From Bacteroidaceae bacterium (GTDB taxonomy: Bacteria > Bacteroidota > Bacteroidia > Bacteroidales > Bacteroidaceae), in contig JAZQPD010000067.1 of NCBI GenBank assembly GCA_045628285.1, positions 1 to 50,887 of the forward strand: a stretch of 50,887 nucleotides of DNA. The letters run 5' to 3'. The translations under genes and the position numbers were made by a program. The notes beneath the pieces were generated by a model that saw nothing but the letters and a program-made list of their open reading frames with translations, did not search any database and had not been told where the DNA came from. Below, in pieces: positions 45,001-50,845 of the stretch. Numbering within the stretch: the first letter of the stretch is position 1; each line of letters begins with the position of its first letter.

Positions 45001-46446
45001 GTGGGTGGTGACTATGTTGCACCAAAGAACAAGGTGGAGGAAGATTTCTGCCATATCTTCGAAGGCATCCTCAATCTCGAGAAGGTGAGTGCCGAGGATT
45101 CATTCTTCGACATTGGCGGTACGTCGCTCACCGTCACACGGGTAATCATTGAAGCAAAGAACCGTGGATACGAGGTGGCATACGCAAGCGTATTCAGTCA
45201 TCCATCTCCGTGCAAACTTGCAGAATTCCTCGGCTCCACAACCACCGAGACCGATCCTGATGCCGACATCAGGGACTTTGACTACGAGCCAATACGTCGG
45301 CAACTGGAGCGCAACACATTGGATGCCTTCCGCAATGGAGAGCATCGTCCTTTAGGCAATGTCCTGCTTACTGGTGCTACAGGATTCCTCGGCATACATG
45401 TGTTCCGCGAAATCATTGAGAACTATCCTGATTCAAAGATATGGTGCCTGCTCCGTGGAAAAGGTGGGGTATCTGCCGAACAGAACTTCCAGAACATGCT
45501 CTATTTCTATTTCGAAACGGCATGGCAGGAACTCTTCGGCAAGCGGATATTCGTCATCGAAGGAGATGTGACCGACAGGATTGAAGCTCCTGACGACATC
45601 CAGACCGTCATCAACTGTGCCGCCATAGTGAAGCACTTCTCTGAAGGGACAGAAATCGAAGACATCAACGTAGGCGGGTGCGTCAACTGCGTGGACTGGT
45701 GTCTGGAACACAATGCACGAATGATTCAGGTCAGCACGATGAGTGTCGGAGGATCAAGCGTGAACGGGTATCCGGCCATTACTAAACTCACGGAACAGAT
45801 GCTCTACGAAGGCCAGCGCATCCACAACCAGTACATCCATTCCAAGATTAAGGGTGAACGCTATGTACTTGATGCAATAGCCAGAAAAGGACTCGATGGC
45901 AAGATTATGCGAGTGGGAACCCTCTCTGCCCGTAATAGCGACGGTGAATATCAGTTGAATTTCAGTACCAACTCCTTCGTTGGCCGTCTGCGCCTGTACG
46001 GAATGCTGGGAGCCTTCCCTTATTCAAGCTACGAATACAAGGTGGAATTCTCGCCTATCGACGAGGTTGCCAAAGCCATAGCACTCCTCTCGCAGACACC
46101 GTCCGACTGCACCGTGTTCCATCCGTTCAACGACCATTTCCGCTATCTTGGCGATGTGGTCAAGGCTTGGGCATCACTGGGACATGACGTACGGTATGTA
46201 GAAGACTCAGAGTACCACCGTCTCATTCAGGAGGCAGAGAAGGACGAGAAGTTCCAGAAAGCACTGTCAGCACTGATCGCATACAACAGCAAGACGACCA
46301 GCGATGTCATACGTCCTCTGGAGAAGAACAACTCCTACACCATGCAGGTACTGCTGAGAATGGGATTCCGCTGGTCAATGACGGAATCGAGTTACATCGA
46401 TCAGTTCTTCAGGATTATGTACGAATTCAGATATTACAGTCTGTAG
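36055..46446 (+). CDS. Non-ribosomal peptide synthetase, three modules with terminal reductase (C-A-T-C-A-T-C-A-T-R)
   Basis: Uninterrupted ORF (the raw track starts at 36016; ATG 36055 is preferred because a -7 box lies at 36000-36007). It has 3 HHxxxDG condensation motifs, 3 adenylation core sets (YTSGSTGxPKG, NxYGPTE, A10 Lys), 3 carrier Ser motifs, and a C-terminal TGATGFLG ... YIHSK reductase. Confidence 0.95.
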   Translation: MDNKTSPITYAQQGVYIDCILDPENLRYNNPQSVSIPAGIPAEAVCDAVRKVFECHPALFSHFEDRGGCATQVYTPECHAEVRITKTEDKDVDALKAAFIRVFDLGQEPLYRAEVLDAPSGVTLLVDFHHLVYDGASLNILMNEICAALEGKEPTAEVTSYADFAEAQHADKTTHGFDKPTNHKSYYDGLLDGITSTQIPSDLNGGEGIHREHVQFVSTPDVMAKAKSLDTAPSALFMAAAFYTLSRYTNTKELCMTTISNGRQNPMTKGIVGMFVNTLPLVSKIGDTSVCEYIHGVRSMFQDVRQHEEYPFATLVNDYGIEQHVRFTYQYGTFGNTFHVNGEDMKAEAMRANSHTFPFTITISNIDDKPAIVINYDTAKYSADLVNRFAESMDAVVSHFLEEPDGKLLSVSIMSERQHAELANMRQTCIDHSAVRFPLFHKSLEYWAEQTPDATVIIACNETLTYRQFNGKANVLAHALMNKGVVRGDRICLLLPRKSWHLIAMFGVMKTGAAYIPCDPEYPAERIRLITDDSHARYVITTKDKMGDYGARALDVEVLLNDDSAGSPTNYSNPDVEVSPDDLAYLIYTSGSTGRPKGVMLRHIGICNYLTDHEENRHFHALVNNCKTMLCITTVSFDLSLKEIGSSLYNGMTLVFANEDQVNDPQALANLMTATNVDGFSGTPSRLKMFLDLPDFQNALARCKFIVLGGEKYPPTLLPQIKALAPGARLFNTYGPTEISVSCNGKELTHADHITIGRPLLNVKEYVVDDDLNELPVGVTGELLIGGLGVSAGYNDLPEKTAEAFIDYNGECCYKSGDYAYWNAEGDVVILGRKDHQIKLNGLRIELGEVETVLNRQPQVKEGVVMIRNVEGHDHLVAYYVPATSDAEADLVGTLKEQMGKSLTHYMVPAIFVRMDKMPISPNGKTDLKALPQPVIELSETEKVMPTTADEQSLYDIVAEIVGNGNFGITTNLVGVGLTSLLAIRLSVFVNGRMNASLSVRDILKYPTIKELATKLQRTDHGAMKHAANQSAPLSFSQLGIYSECISSPDDIQYNIPVCIRLPQGITTTEAKAALEKVLAAHPFVYNHFQDDDNGDAYQCLMENKSAEIPIVTMTGQELEQEKKSFVRPFALKESPLFRLKVVDCDSSVYVMSDFHHLVMDGGSYDIFYRQLCQALDGKELETEQYDYYQFVADQKIDAATEQFFAEQLGQIEEASALLPDRYDGDDSHRQAEVTVPTDLQAAQAKCKQLNITPAALYLAATAIAVSKYTAEETVGICTVSNGRGNLQIANTFGMFVNTLPLVSNADTSLTVDDYLRKTAGTFVDTLANEDYPYGKVVENFGYIASILYAYQVGVLNKYSCSKGELTIQKLELQKAKFPVSVLIEGSVEQGGVIRIQYDESLFTPDMMKGFAAAVQHIAADLIVTERMSDVSVCTDEMISLLDSFNVNRLAVSAEEDAGETVLSLFQRTALQYPDNIAAVFKDRKYTYRELDELTDKIGGDIYNKVKDCGKAEPVVSILIPRNEYIFILPLAAMKAGCAYQPLDPSYPQERLNFMVKDADAALLIADPGLKDIISGYEGEVVLTSDLEHSNSFPLREGQGLGQPLTPQSLFILLYTSGSTGVPKGVMLEHQNLMAFIKWYRRYYNLKPEHNVAAYASFGFDANMMDLYPALTTGATVYVVAEELRLDLVALNDYFEANAITHSFITTQVGVQFLQNTDNRSLKHLSVGGEKLVSVDSPKNYSLHNGYGPTECTIFTTTMPVMKKESNIPIGKPTDLLDCFVMDKHLHRLPVGAAGELVVAGKQVGRGYLNRPDKTAEAFFTLNGERAYHTGDIVRYRQDGNIEFVGRKDGQVKIRGFRIELKEVEAVIRDFASIRDVTVQAFDDPNGGKFIAAYIVSDEAVDIDALNQFILDQKPPYMVPAVTMQIEKIPLNVNQKVDKKSLPKPEPKTRTGSGDAPAAPLNALETQLKAIIASVTGTEDFTITDVLGYIGLTSISSIKLATLIYKKFGVQVNAKTLARAGSLQSIENEILEVWMNGNGNENENKNENDGNSSASAPLTYPQTGVYLDCMKNPGTTLYNVPVRFTFAKNITVKELQDAIRATVDNHQSFRLTFATVDGEIRQILNNDIPVEVPVSKLSDSESDAYEHDFVRPFNLAQGPLFRFEIVETENRLHLFIDIHHLVTDGGSIDLIIREITARLNGEETEKEDYPYIQFATSQKAAEGSKEYMAAKAFFDSRLACCEGASEITADLPKNDSANHTLGRSVCPIDIAPVETLARQLGVTPMSVCLAATYYTVSRFVNSRQVYLGTISNGRSNLRTYNTTGMFVNTLALSGEIKEQTVSDFITETAQNFTDTITHEQYPFAQIAADYGFKPEIVFEYQVGVLENHIVRGEQTALKGLTLDLAKFKMKISIEGAPDGGHQVRIGYDEASYSPELAASFAESVCAVISHFAGSPQALVKTVSIMSQAQAQQVGKLHNIATAPVTSQLFYEPIEKFAEIQPDKTALIAVDRTLTYREFNAEANRVAHALMARGVKKGDRVVVLLPRTSAVMLTIFGISKTGAAYIPCDPEYPADRISLITEDSEAAYVVTTKDKMGDYGDKALDVEELLSPSLPGGDGVGSNPNVDVSPDDLVYLIYTSGSTGRPKGVMLRHEGICNYLQCHPGNRHIYAMATEGSCLLCVTTLSFDMSLKEYGMALFNGLTLVLSDENQSNNPVELANLFKQTSADIFNATPSRLLNYMELPEFCNALRQCKCVLSGGEAYSDKLLARLHKLGIKHIFNTYGPTEITVSSNCAELTNTDQITIGQPLLNYTEFVVDTDGNELPVGVVGELYIGGVGVAKGYNNLDKQTSERFVDYKGIRCYRSGDYARWTPDGRVVVLGRMDNQIKLRGLRIELGEVEAAICKVEGVKQAVVMVRKIDDVEHLTAYYTADRRIEIEDMKAQIGTTLTRYMVPTAYLQMDTFPLTPNGKTDIKHLPMPQLAKVGGDYVAPKNKVEEDFCHIFEGILNLEKVSAEDSFFDIGGTSLTVTRVIIEAKNRGYEVAYASVFSHPSPCKLAEFLGSTTTETDPDADIRDFDYEPIRRQLERNTLDAFRNGEHRPLGNVLLTGATGFLGIHVFREIIENYPDSKIWCLLRGKGGVSAEQNFQNMLYFYFETAWQELFGKRIFVIEGDVTDRIEAPDDIQTVINCAAIVKHFSEGTEIEDINVGGCVNCVDWCLEHNARMIQVSTMSVGGSSVNGYPAITKLTEQMLYEGQRIHNQYIHSKIKGERYVLDAIARKGLDGKIMRVGTLSARNSDGEYQLNFSTNSFVGRLRLYGMLGAFPYSSYEYKVEFSPIDEVAKAIALLSQTPSDCTVFHPFNDHFRYLGDVVKAWASLGHDVRYVEDSEYHRLIQEAEKDEKFQKALSALIAYNSKTTSDVIRPLEKNNSYTMQVLLRMGFRWSMTESSYIDQFFRIMYEFRYYSL
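36070..37340 (+). other. NRPS condensation domain C1 (N-terminal, starter position)
   Basis: HHLVYDG at 36439-36459. The domain starts within ~5 residues of the N-terminus (SPITYAQQGVY). Boundaries approximate. Confidence 0.8.
37345..38850 (+). other. NRPS adenylation domain A1
   Basis: LTYRQFN (A1 motif), YTSGSTGRPKG from 37816, FDLSLKE (A4), NTYGPTE (A5), GELLIGG, YKSGD, GRKDHQIKLNGLRIELGEVE, A10 PNGK with Lys codon 38827-38829. Confidence 0.85.
38900..39110 (+). other. NRPS carrier (T/PCP) domain T1
   Basis: VGVGLTSLLAIRL. Putative phosphopantetheinyl Ser codon 38992-38994 (GLTS rather than the canonical GGxS). Confidence 0.7.
39148..40425 (+). other. NRPS condensation domain C2
   Basis: Starts APLSFSQLGIY. 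HHLVMDG at 39520-39540. Confidence 0.8.
40430..41885 (+). other. NRPS adenylation domain A2
   Basis: YTYRELD, YTSGSTGVPKG from 40897, FDANMMD (A4), NGYGPTE, GELVVAG, YHTGD, GRKDGQVKIRGFRIELKEVE. The A10 region reads NQKVD, with Lys codon 41860-41862. Confidence 0.85.
41938..42150 (+). other. NRPS carrier domain T2
   Basis: LGYIGLTSISSIKL. Ser codon 42034-42036. Confidence 0.7.
42220..43500 (+). other. NRPS condensation domain C3
   Basis: Starts APLTYPQTGVY. HHLVTDG at 42589-42609. Confidence 0.8.
43504..44985 (+). other. NRPS adenylation domain A3 (paralogue of A1)
   Basis: LTYREFN, YTSGSTGRPKG from 43963, FDMSLKE (A4), NTYGPTE, GELYIGG, YRSGD, GRMDNQIKLRGLRIELGEVE, A10 PNGK with Lys codon 44959-44961. 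Confidence 0.85.
45028..45240 (+). other. NRPS carrier domain T3
   Basis: FFDIGGTSLTVTRV. Ser codon 45124-45126 (canonical GGxS). Confidence 0.75.
45343..46443 (+). other. NRPS terminal thioester reductase (R/TD, SDR fold)
   Basis: VLLTGATGFLG (TGATGFLG = 45370-45393), CLLRG, INCAAIV. YxxxK as YIHSK (Tyr 45832-45834, Lys 45844-45846). Confidence 0.85.
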
Positions 46447-46452
46447 AGGATA

Positions 46453-46487
46453 TTAGGCCATTGGCTATTAGACCTTAGCCATTGGTC
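46453..46487 (-). repeat. Heptad array, reverse orientation (5 units)
   Basis: ttaggcc|attggct|attagac|cttagcc|attggtc is the reverse complement of GnCnAAn-type units. It begins 7 nt after the NRPS stop. Confidence 0.7.
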
Positions 46488-46513
46488 CGCAATGTGAAAG
46501 AGTAAAATAAAAA

Positions 46514-46583
46514 GCTAACGGCTAATGCCTAATAGCTAACAGCCAAATAATAACGGCCAATGTCTAACGGCTAACGGCTCAAA
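46514..46583 (+). repeat. Heptad array, forward orientation (10 units in perfect phase)
   Basis: gctaacg|gctaatg|cctaata|gctaaca|gccaaat|aataacg|gccaatg|tctaacg|gctaacg|gctcaaa. Confidence 0.85.
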
Positions 46584-46595
46584 AAATTAGGAATT

Positions 46596-49004
46596 ATGAA
46601 GAAATTTTTTGTATTTTTTATTGCCGTGCTCTCCTGCGGGTGCATGATGGCTCAGAGAAATGTCGTTTCGCTGAACGACGGGTGGCTGTTTCGGATAGGC
46701 CACAATGATATTGCAGGTGCTATGAAGGCATCGGAGTCAGACGGATGGAGCCGGGTGGATGTTCCGCACGACTTCCAGATTGAACAGCCGTGGGTAGCTC
46801 CGGATGCTTCTGAAAGAGCCGACAACAGTGATGCCGGAGCGAATATAAAGAGTCGCCTGTCGTCGAGAGGATTCAAGGAGATGGGCGAAGGATGGTATGT
46901 CAGGTCGTTCACTCCGTCGGACGACATGAAGGGCAAGAGGCTCCTGCTTGATTTCGAGGGTATTATGTACGTTGCCGACGTATATGTGAACGGCAAGAAG
47001 GTAGGAGGGACCGACTACGGATATGTGGGGTTCGAGATTGACGTGACGGGGGAACTGGTGATGGACCGTCCCAACACGATTGTCGTCAGGGCAGACACCG
47101 GGGAACCAAAGATGTCAAGATGGTACACGGGTGGAGGACTGTTTCGCAATGTCAGTCTGGTGGCAATTGATCCGCAGATGAGTTTCGTGCGCCATCCGCT
47201 GAGTATCGTGACTTCCGAAAACCGCAAGGTCGACATCACGGCAGAGGTGCGGATTGCCACGAAAGACGACCAGGCACAGCTGCGTGTGACTCTCACCGAC
47301 CCCCAGGGTGGAGTGGTGAGCAGCGATGTCTATTCCCTCAAGCGCAACAGGAACTATCGTTCGCAGGAACTGAAGATACCGACCATCGACATCAGCGATG
47401 CAAAACTATGGGACTGCGAACATCCGAACCTCTATGAGGCAAAGGTGGAACTGCTCCGCACCGACGGCAGTGTGGCCGACATCGTCACGAAGCAGTTCGG
47501 AATCCGCACCATCGACATCAACCCACGGCAGGGACTCCTCCTCAACGGCAGGAAAGTCCTTCTGAAAGGCTATGCCAACCACCACACCCTCGGTGCCCTC
47601 GGCGCTGCTGCCTATCCGAGAGCCATCGAGAAGAGGATAAAGCTGATGAAGGAGTTCGGCATGAACCACATCAGGACATCGCACAACCCATATTCCGAGG
47701 AATTCCTCAACCTGTGCGACAAGTACGGCATACTCGTGGTCGACGAACTCTACGACAAGTGGAACGACCAGTACGTAGGAGGCGGCAGGGCACATTTCGC
47801 CGACCTGTGGATGGGCCATGTGGAGGAATGGATAAGGAGAGACAGATGCCATCCATGCGTCGTGATGTGGAGTCTGGGAAATGAGCTGCAGTCCTACAAC
47901 GACATGCCTTTCAACGACTTCGGAGTGACACAGTACAAGCTCATGAAGGCTGTGGTCAACAGGTACGACAGCACGAGGAAAGTGACCGTAGCCATGCATC
48001 CGCGTTACAGGAACTGGGAGACCACCGACCTGCCTTGCGACCTTGCCATGGTGACCGACGTACAGGCATACAATTATAGATATATGTACTTCCCCGGCGA
48101 CGGCGAGAAATTCCCGTGGATGACCTTCTACCAGAGTGAGGCAGCCGTGTCAGCCATGGGCGAGAACTACTTCTCCATGGACCTCTCCAAGGTCATCGGA
48201 CTTGCCTACTGGGGAGCCATCGACTATCTCGGCGAGTCACAGGGCTGGCCGGCAAAGGGATGGGTGCAGGGAGTGTTCGACATAGCCCTCGAACCCAAGC
48301 CGAAAGCCTACTACATGAAGTCATTCTTCACCGACCAACCACTCGTGCACATTGCAGTCACCGAGACCCGTGGCAACCAGATGTGGAACGGCGTGCAGAC
48401 AGGCAACGACGGCCAGTCCGACCACTGGAACCGCAAGGCTGGCGACCGTCTGGAAGTGACCACCTACACCAATGCCGACGAAGTCGAGCTGCTTGTTAAC
48501 GGCAAGAGCCTCGGAGTGAAGAAGAACGACAAGGGCAGCGCAAAGATGAGAAACCAGATACGATGGAGCGACGTAGAGTATGCCGACGGAAATATCGTGG
48601 CCATAGCCAGGAACGGCGGTAAGGAAGTTGCCCGCCACCGGATCGAGACCACCGGCAAGGCCGTACGTCTGGTGATACAGTCCGACAACCCCGACTGGAA
48701 GGCCGATGGCGAAGACCTCCAGCACCTGAGAGTCATCGCCGTCGACAGCAAGGGTCGCAGGGTGATGGATGCAGTAGGCGAGGTGAAAGTCCAAGTCACC
48801 TCCGGCGATGCCCGGCTGGTGGCAATGAGCAGCGGCAACCAGTATTCCGACGAACTCAACGTCGTTGACAGCAGGAAACTCTTCAACGGTTCCGTCCTCG
48901 CCATCCTCCGTGCAGGCACCACAGCCTCCAGTGTCACCCTGACCGCCTCGTGCCAGGGCCTGAAGAGCGGAAAGATTGAGCTGGCAACTCACCCCGCAAA
49001 ATGA
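46596..49004 (+). CDS. Glycoside hydrolase family 2 (beta-galactosidase-like)
   Basis: 802 aa. Signal peptide, N-terminal sugar-binding block (SLNDGWLFR), the TIM-barrel block IRTSHNPYSEEFLNLCDKYGILVVDE, and the acid/base region MWSLGNE. Confidence 0.85.
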   Translation: MKKFFVFFIAVLSCGCMMAQRNVVSLNDGWLFRIGHNDIAGAMKASESDGWSRVDVPHDFQIEQPWVAPDASERADNSDAGANIKSRLSSRGFKEMGEGWYVRSFTPSDDMKGKRLLLDFEGIMYVADVYVNGKKVGGTDYGYVGFEIDVTGELVMDRPNTIVVRADTGEPKMSRWYTGGGLFRNVSLVAIDPQMSFVRHPLSIVTSENRKVDITAEVRIATKDDQAQLRVTLTDPQGGVVSSDVYSLKRNRNYRSQELKIPTIDISDAKLWDCEHPNLYEAKVELLRTDGSVADIVTKQFGIRTIDINPRQGLLLNGRKVLLKGYANHHTLGALGAAAYPRAIEKRIKLMKEFGMNHIRTSHNPYSEEFLNLCDKYGILVVDELYDKWNDQYVGGGRAHFADLWMGHVEEWIRRDRCHPCVVMWSLGNELQSYNDMPFNDFGVTQYKLMKAVVNRYDSTRKVTVAMHPRYRNWETTDLPCDLAMVTDVQAYNYRYMYFPGDGEKFPWMTFYQSEAAVSAMGENYFSMDLSKVIGLAYWGAIDYLGESQGWPAKGWVQGVFDIALEPKPKAYYMKSFFTDQPLVHIAVTETRGNQMWNGVQTGNDGQSDHWNRKAGDRLEVTTYTNADEVELLVNGKSLGVKKNDKGSAKMRNQIRWSDVEYADGNIVAIARNGGKEVARHRIETTGKAVRLVIQSDNPDWKADGEDLQHLRVIAVDSKGRRVMDAVGEVKVQVTSGDARLVAMSSGNQYSDELNVVDSRKLFNGSVLAILRAGTTASSVTLTASCQGLKSGKIELATHPAK

Positions 49005-49104
49005 GCAAAGGAGAGGAAGTAAAGAAGGTAGAGCGCAGATTGGCATCTGACAAGAAAAAGGTGCTGCCGAAGAAATAATCGAGATCAAGAAATATGGCGT
49101 TAGT

Positions 49105-50379
49105 ATGTATATCGCGATTTTCATTTTTATAGGTCTGTACATACTGTATCTCATTTTGTTCTATTGTGTAAAACTATGGATTCGAAATAAGGTGCAGAAG
49201 GGGGATCCGTCAAAACGCGGAGAAGAGTCTTGTGAAGAACATCTATCTGTAGAACAATACAATGGAGATGAATATGAATGGGAACCTGTTTATAACTTGG
49301 AGCATCATGGGTTGAAAGTTTTCAACATTCCCTTTGTCCCTGAAGAAAATGAAGTCTTCTATATCGAAAACGAGTATGATGAAGAAGCGAACCTGTTCAT
49401 ACAGGAAAATATGGACCTCATAAAAGAAATTCTGGCAACCAGAGGACTTACGTTCGTGTATCTGCCGTCCATCAGTATATCCAGAGAGATGGCCGAGTCA
49501 ATGGTTGCATACTATACTGCTGGTGTAAATGACCAAGGTATAACCAATGAAGACTACAAGAATGGTCTCAGAAGTGATTTTTTGTTAGATTATATGTTTC
49601 ATCCAGAAAATCGTCAGAAAATCACACATGGCTTTGCGTGGTACAATACGTGTATGTTATTATGTGACTTCAAGAAGTTGATTTATGTATTTGACTACAT
49701 CTCCTTTGATGGAGCAGAAGCCAGAAAACACCCGAGGGAAGTCTTGGAGGATATGCTACCCGAATTGTGTTCTGACGGTATCTGGAGGAATGGATTGTAC
49801 TGCGAACGAAAAGTAGAGAGTCATGGAACTGCAGATGACAATTTCGACGAGGAGACAAAAAAAATTCTAACTGAAATTCAAGAGCGGCTAAACAGCGTTA
49901 GGCTCAAGGGGGTCAGCGAGGCAATAATTGCGCAGTACGTTCAGCCTTGTCCTAAATTAAGCAGAATATCCATCAGCAAGGACTTTAACATCAAGCTTAT
50001 TGACTATGATACAGAAATCGTAATGGAACCTATCGTAAAGGCCGTCTTCATACTCTTCCTTCGTCATGAAGAAGGTATATACTTTAAGGAACTGGCAGAC
50101 TATCAGACGGAACTGGAAATTATCTATAGGGCAATAAAAGCTAAGAACAACGACATAGATTATCAAATGAACTCTGGTTTCACACCTCAGATAAGCGATA
50201 ACATCAAGAACCTTGCCAATCCTTTAAGCAACTCTATCAATGAGAAATGTACCCGAATAAAGGAAGCTTTTATAATCCATTTCCACGACAGCACAGCCTC
50301 TAATTATTATGTCGATGGCTTCCGGGCTTCAAAAAAGACAATCTCTATTCCGCGAGAACTTGTTATATGGGAGGAGTGA
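49105..50379 (+). CDS. Hypothetical membrane-anchored protein
   Basis: 424 aa. One N-terminal TM helix (IAIFIFIGLYILYLILFYCV), then acidic stretches. Visibly AT-rich DNA. No family recognised. Confidence 0.55.
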   Translation: MYIAIFIFIGLYILYLILFYCVKLWIRNKVQKGDPSKRGEESCEEHLSVEQYNGDEYEWEPVYNLEHHGLKVFNIPFVPEENEVFYIENEYDEEANLFIQENMDLIKEILATRGLTFVYLPSISISREMAESMVAYYTAGVNDQGITNEDYKNGLRSDFLLDYMFHPENRQKITHGFAWYNTCMLLCDFKKLIYVFDYISFDGAEARKHPREVLEDMLPELCSDGIWRNGLYCERKVESHGTADDNFDEETKKILTEIQERLNSVRLKGVSEAIIAQYVQPCPKLSRISISKDFNIKLIDYDTEIVMEPIVKAVFILFLRHEEGIYFKELADYQTELEIIYRAIKAKNNDIDYQMNSGFTPQISDNIKNLANPLSNSINEKCTRIKEAFIIHFHDSTASNYYVDGFRASKKTISIPRELVIWEE

Positions 50380-50381
50380 CT

Positions 50382-50762
50382 ATGAAATATGCAACTGCAG
50401 AACGTATATACAAGACCATGCAAAAGGTGGAGGAGTATAATTTTTACATACTCATTGCCATCCCATTTTTTGTAATATATCCTTTCTGGGCATTATATGA
50501 TGGCTATAAATACCTTGTTCACAAATCTAGGGGAGATGTGCGTGACCCAGATTTCGGCGAGTGGACAACTAAAGAAAAAATAGAGCAGGAAAAACTTAAG
50601 GTCAAAATGAGTAACAGGGAAATACCTTTAGCTGTCCGAAATCACATACACCCCCGGAAGGATGATTGTTTTTATTTCTTCGAGAAGAGGAATGTGAAAA
50701 TCCCAACCGATAAGTTAGTGTATGTTGAAAGTGAATACAATGATACATCTATGACACCATAG
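50382..50762 (+). CDS. Hypothetical small membrane protein (resembles the N-terminal ~100 aa of the preceding protein)
   Basis: ATG 50382 lies 2 nt after the preceding stop (the track start 50367 overlaps it). TM helix FYILIAIPFFVIYPFWAL. The C-terminal LVYVESEYND echoes VFYIENEYDE of the upstream protein. Confidence 0.45.
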   Translation: MKYATAERIYKTMQKVEEYNFYILIAIPFFVIYPFWALYDGYKYLVHKSRGDVRDPDFGEWTTKEKIEQEKLKVKMSNREIPLAVRNHIHPRKDDCFYFFEKRNVKIPTDKLVYVESEYNDTSMTP

Positions 50763-50837
50763 ACACGATATAAAAGATATTTGACATTCCACAAGGCTTG
50801 CGGAAATCTATCCTGCATCGTTTATGAAAATTTTCCA

Positions 50838-50845
50838 TATCTTTG
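50838..50845 (+). promoter_or_regulatory. Putative -7 box (TATCTTTG) for a gene starting at ATG 50875 that runs off the window
   Basis: Lies 30 nt upstream of ATG 50875-50877. Only 4 codons of that gene are visible. Confidence 0.35.

Noticed and set aside
36070-45711. Numerous 60-280-aa ORFs on both strands inside the NRPS gene (e.g. 36070..36693, 40903..41541, 42478..43317)
   Set aside because: All lie within the single continuous NRPS reading frame, whose domain motifs are unambiguous. Such off-frame ORFs are expected in long genes of this composition.
46453-46583. CRISPR array interpretation of the short-period tandem arrays (also 79-218, 3035-3619 flanks, 22947-22995)
   Set aside because: The period is only 7 or 11-12 nt with no spacers, the units are degenerate, and there are no cas genes. 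They are not CRISPR.
48321-49154. 277-aa minus-strand ORF overlapping the GH2 3' end and the start of the next gene
   Set aside because: It is antisense to GH2, which has the WSLGNE and TIM-barrel blocks. It has a shadow-ORF composition and no support.
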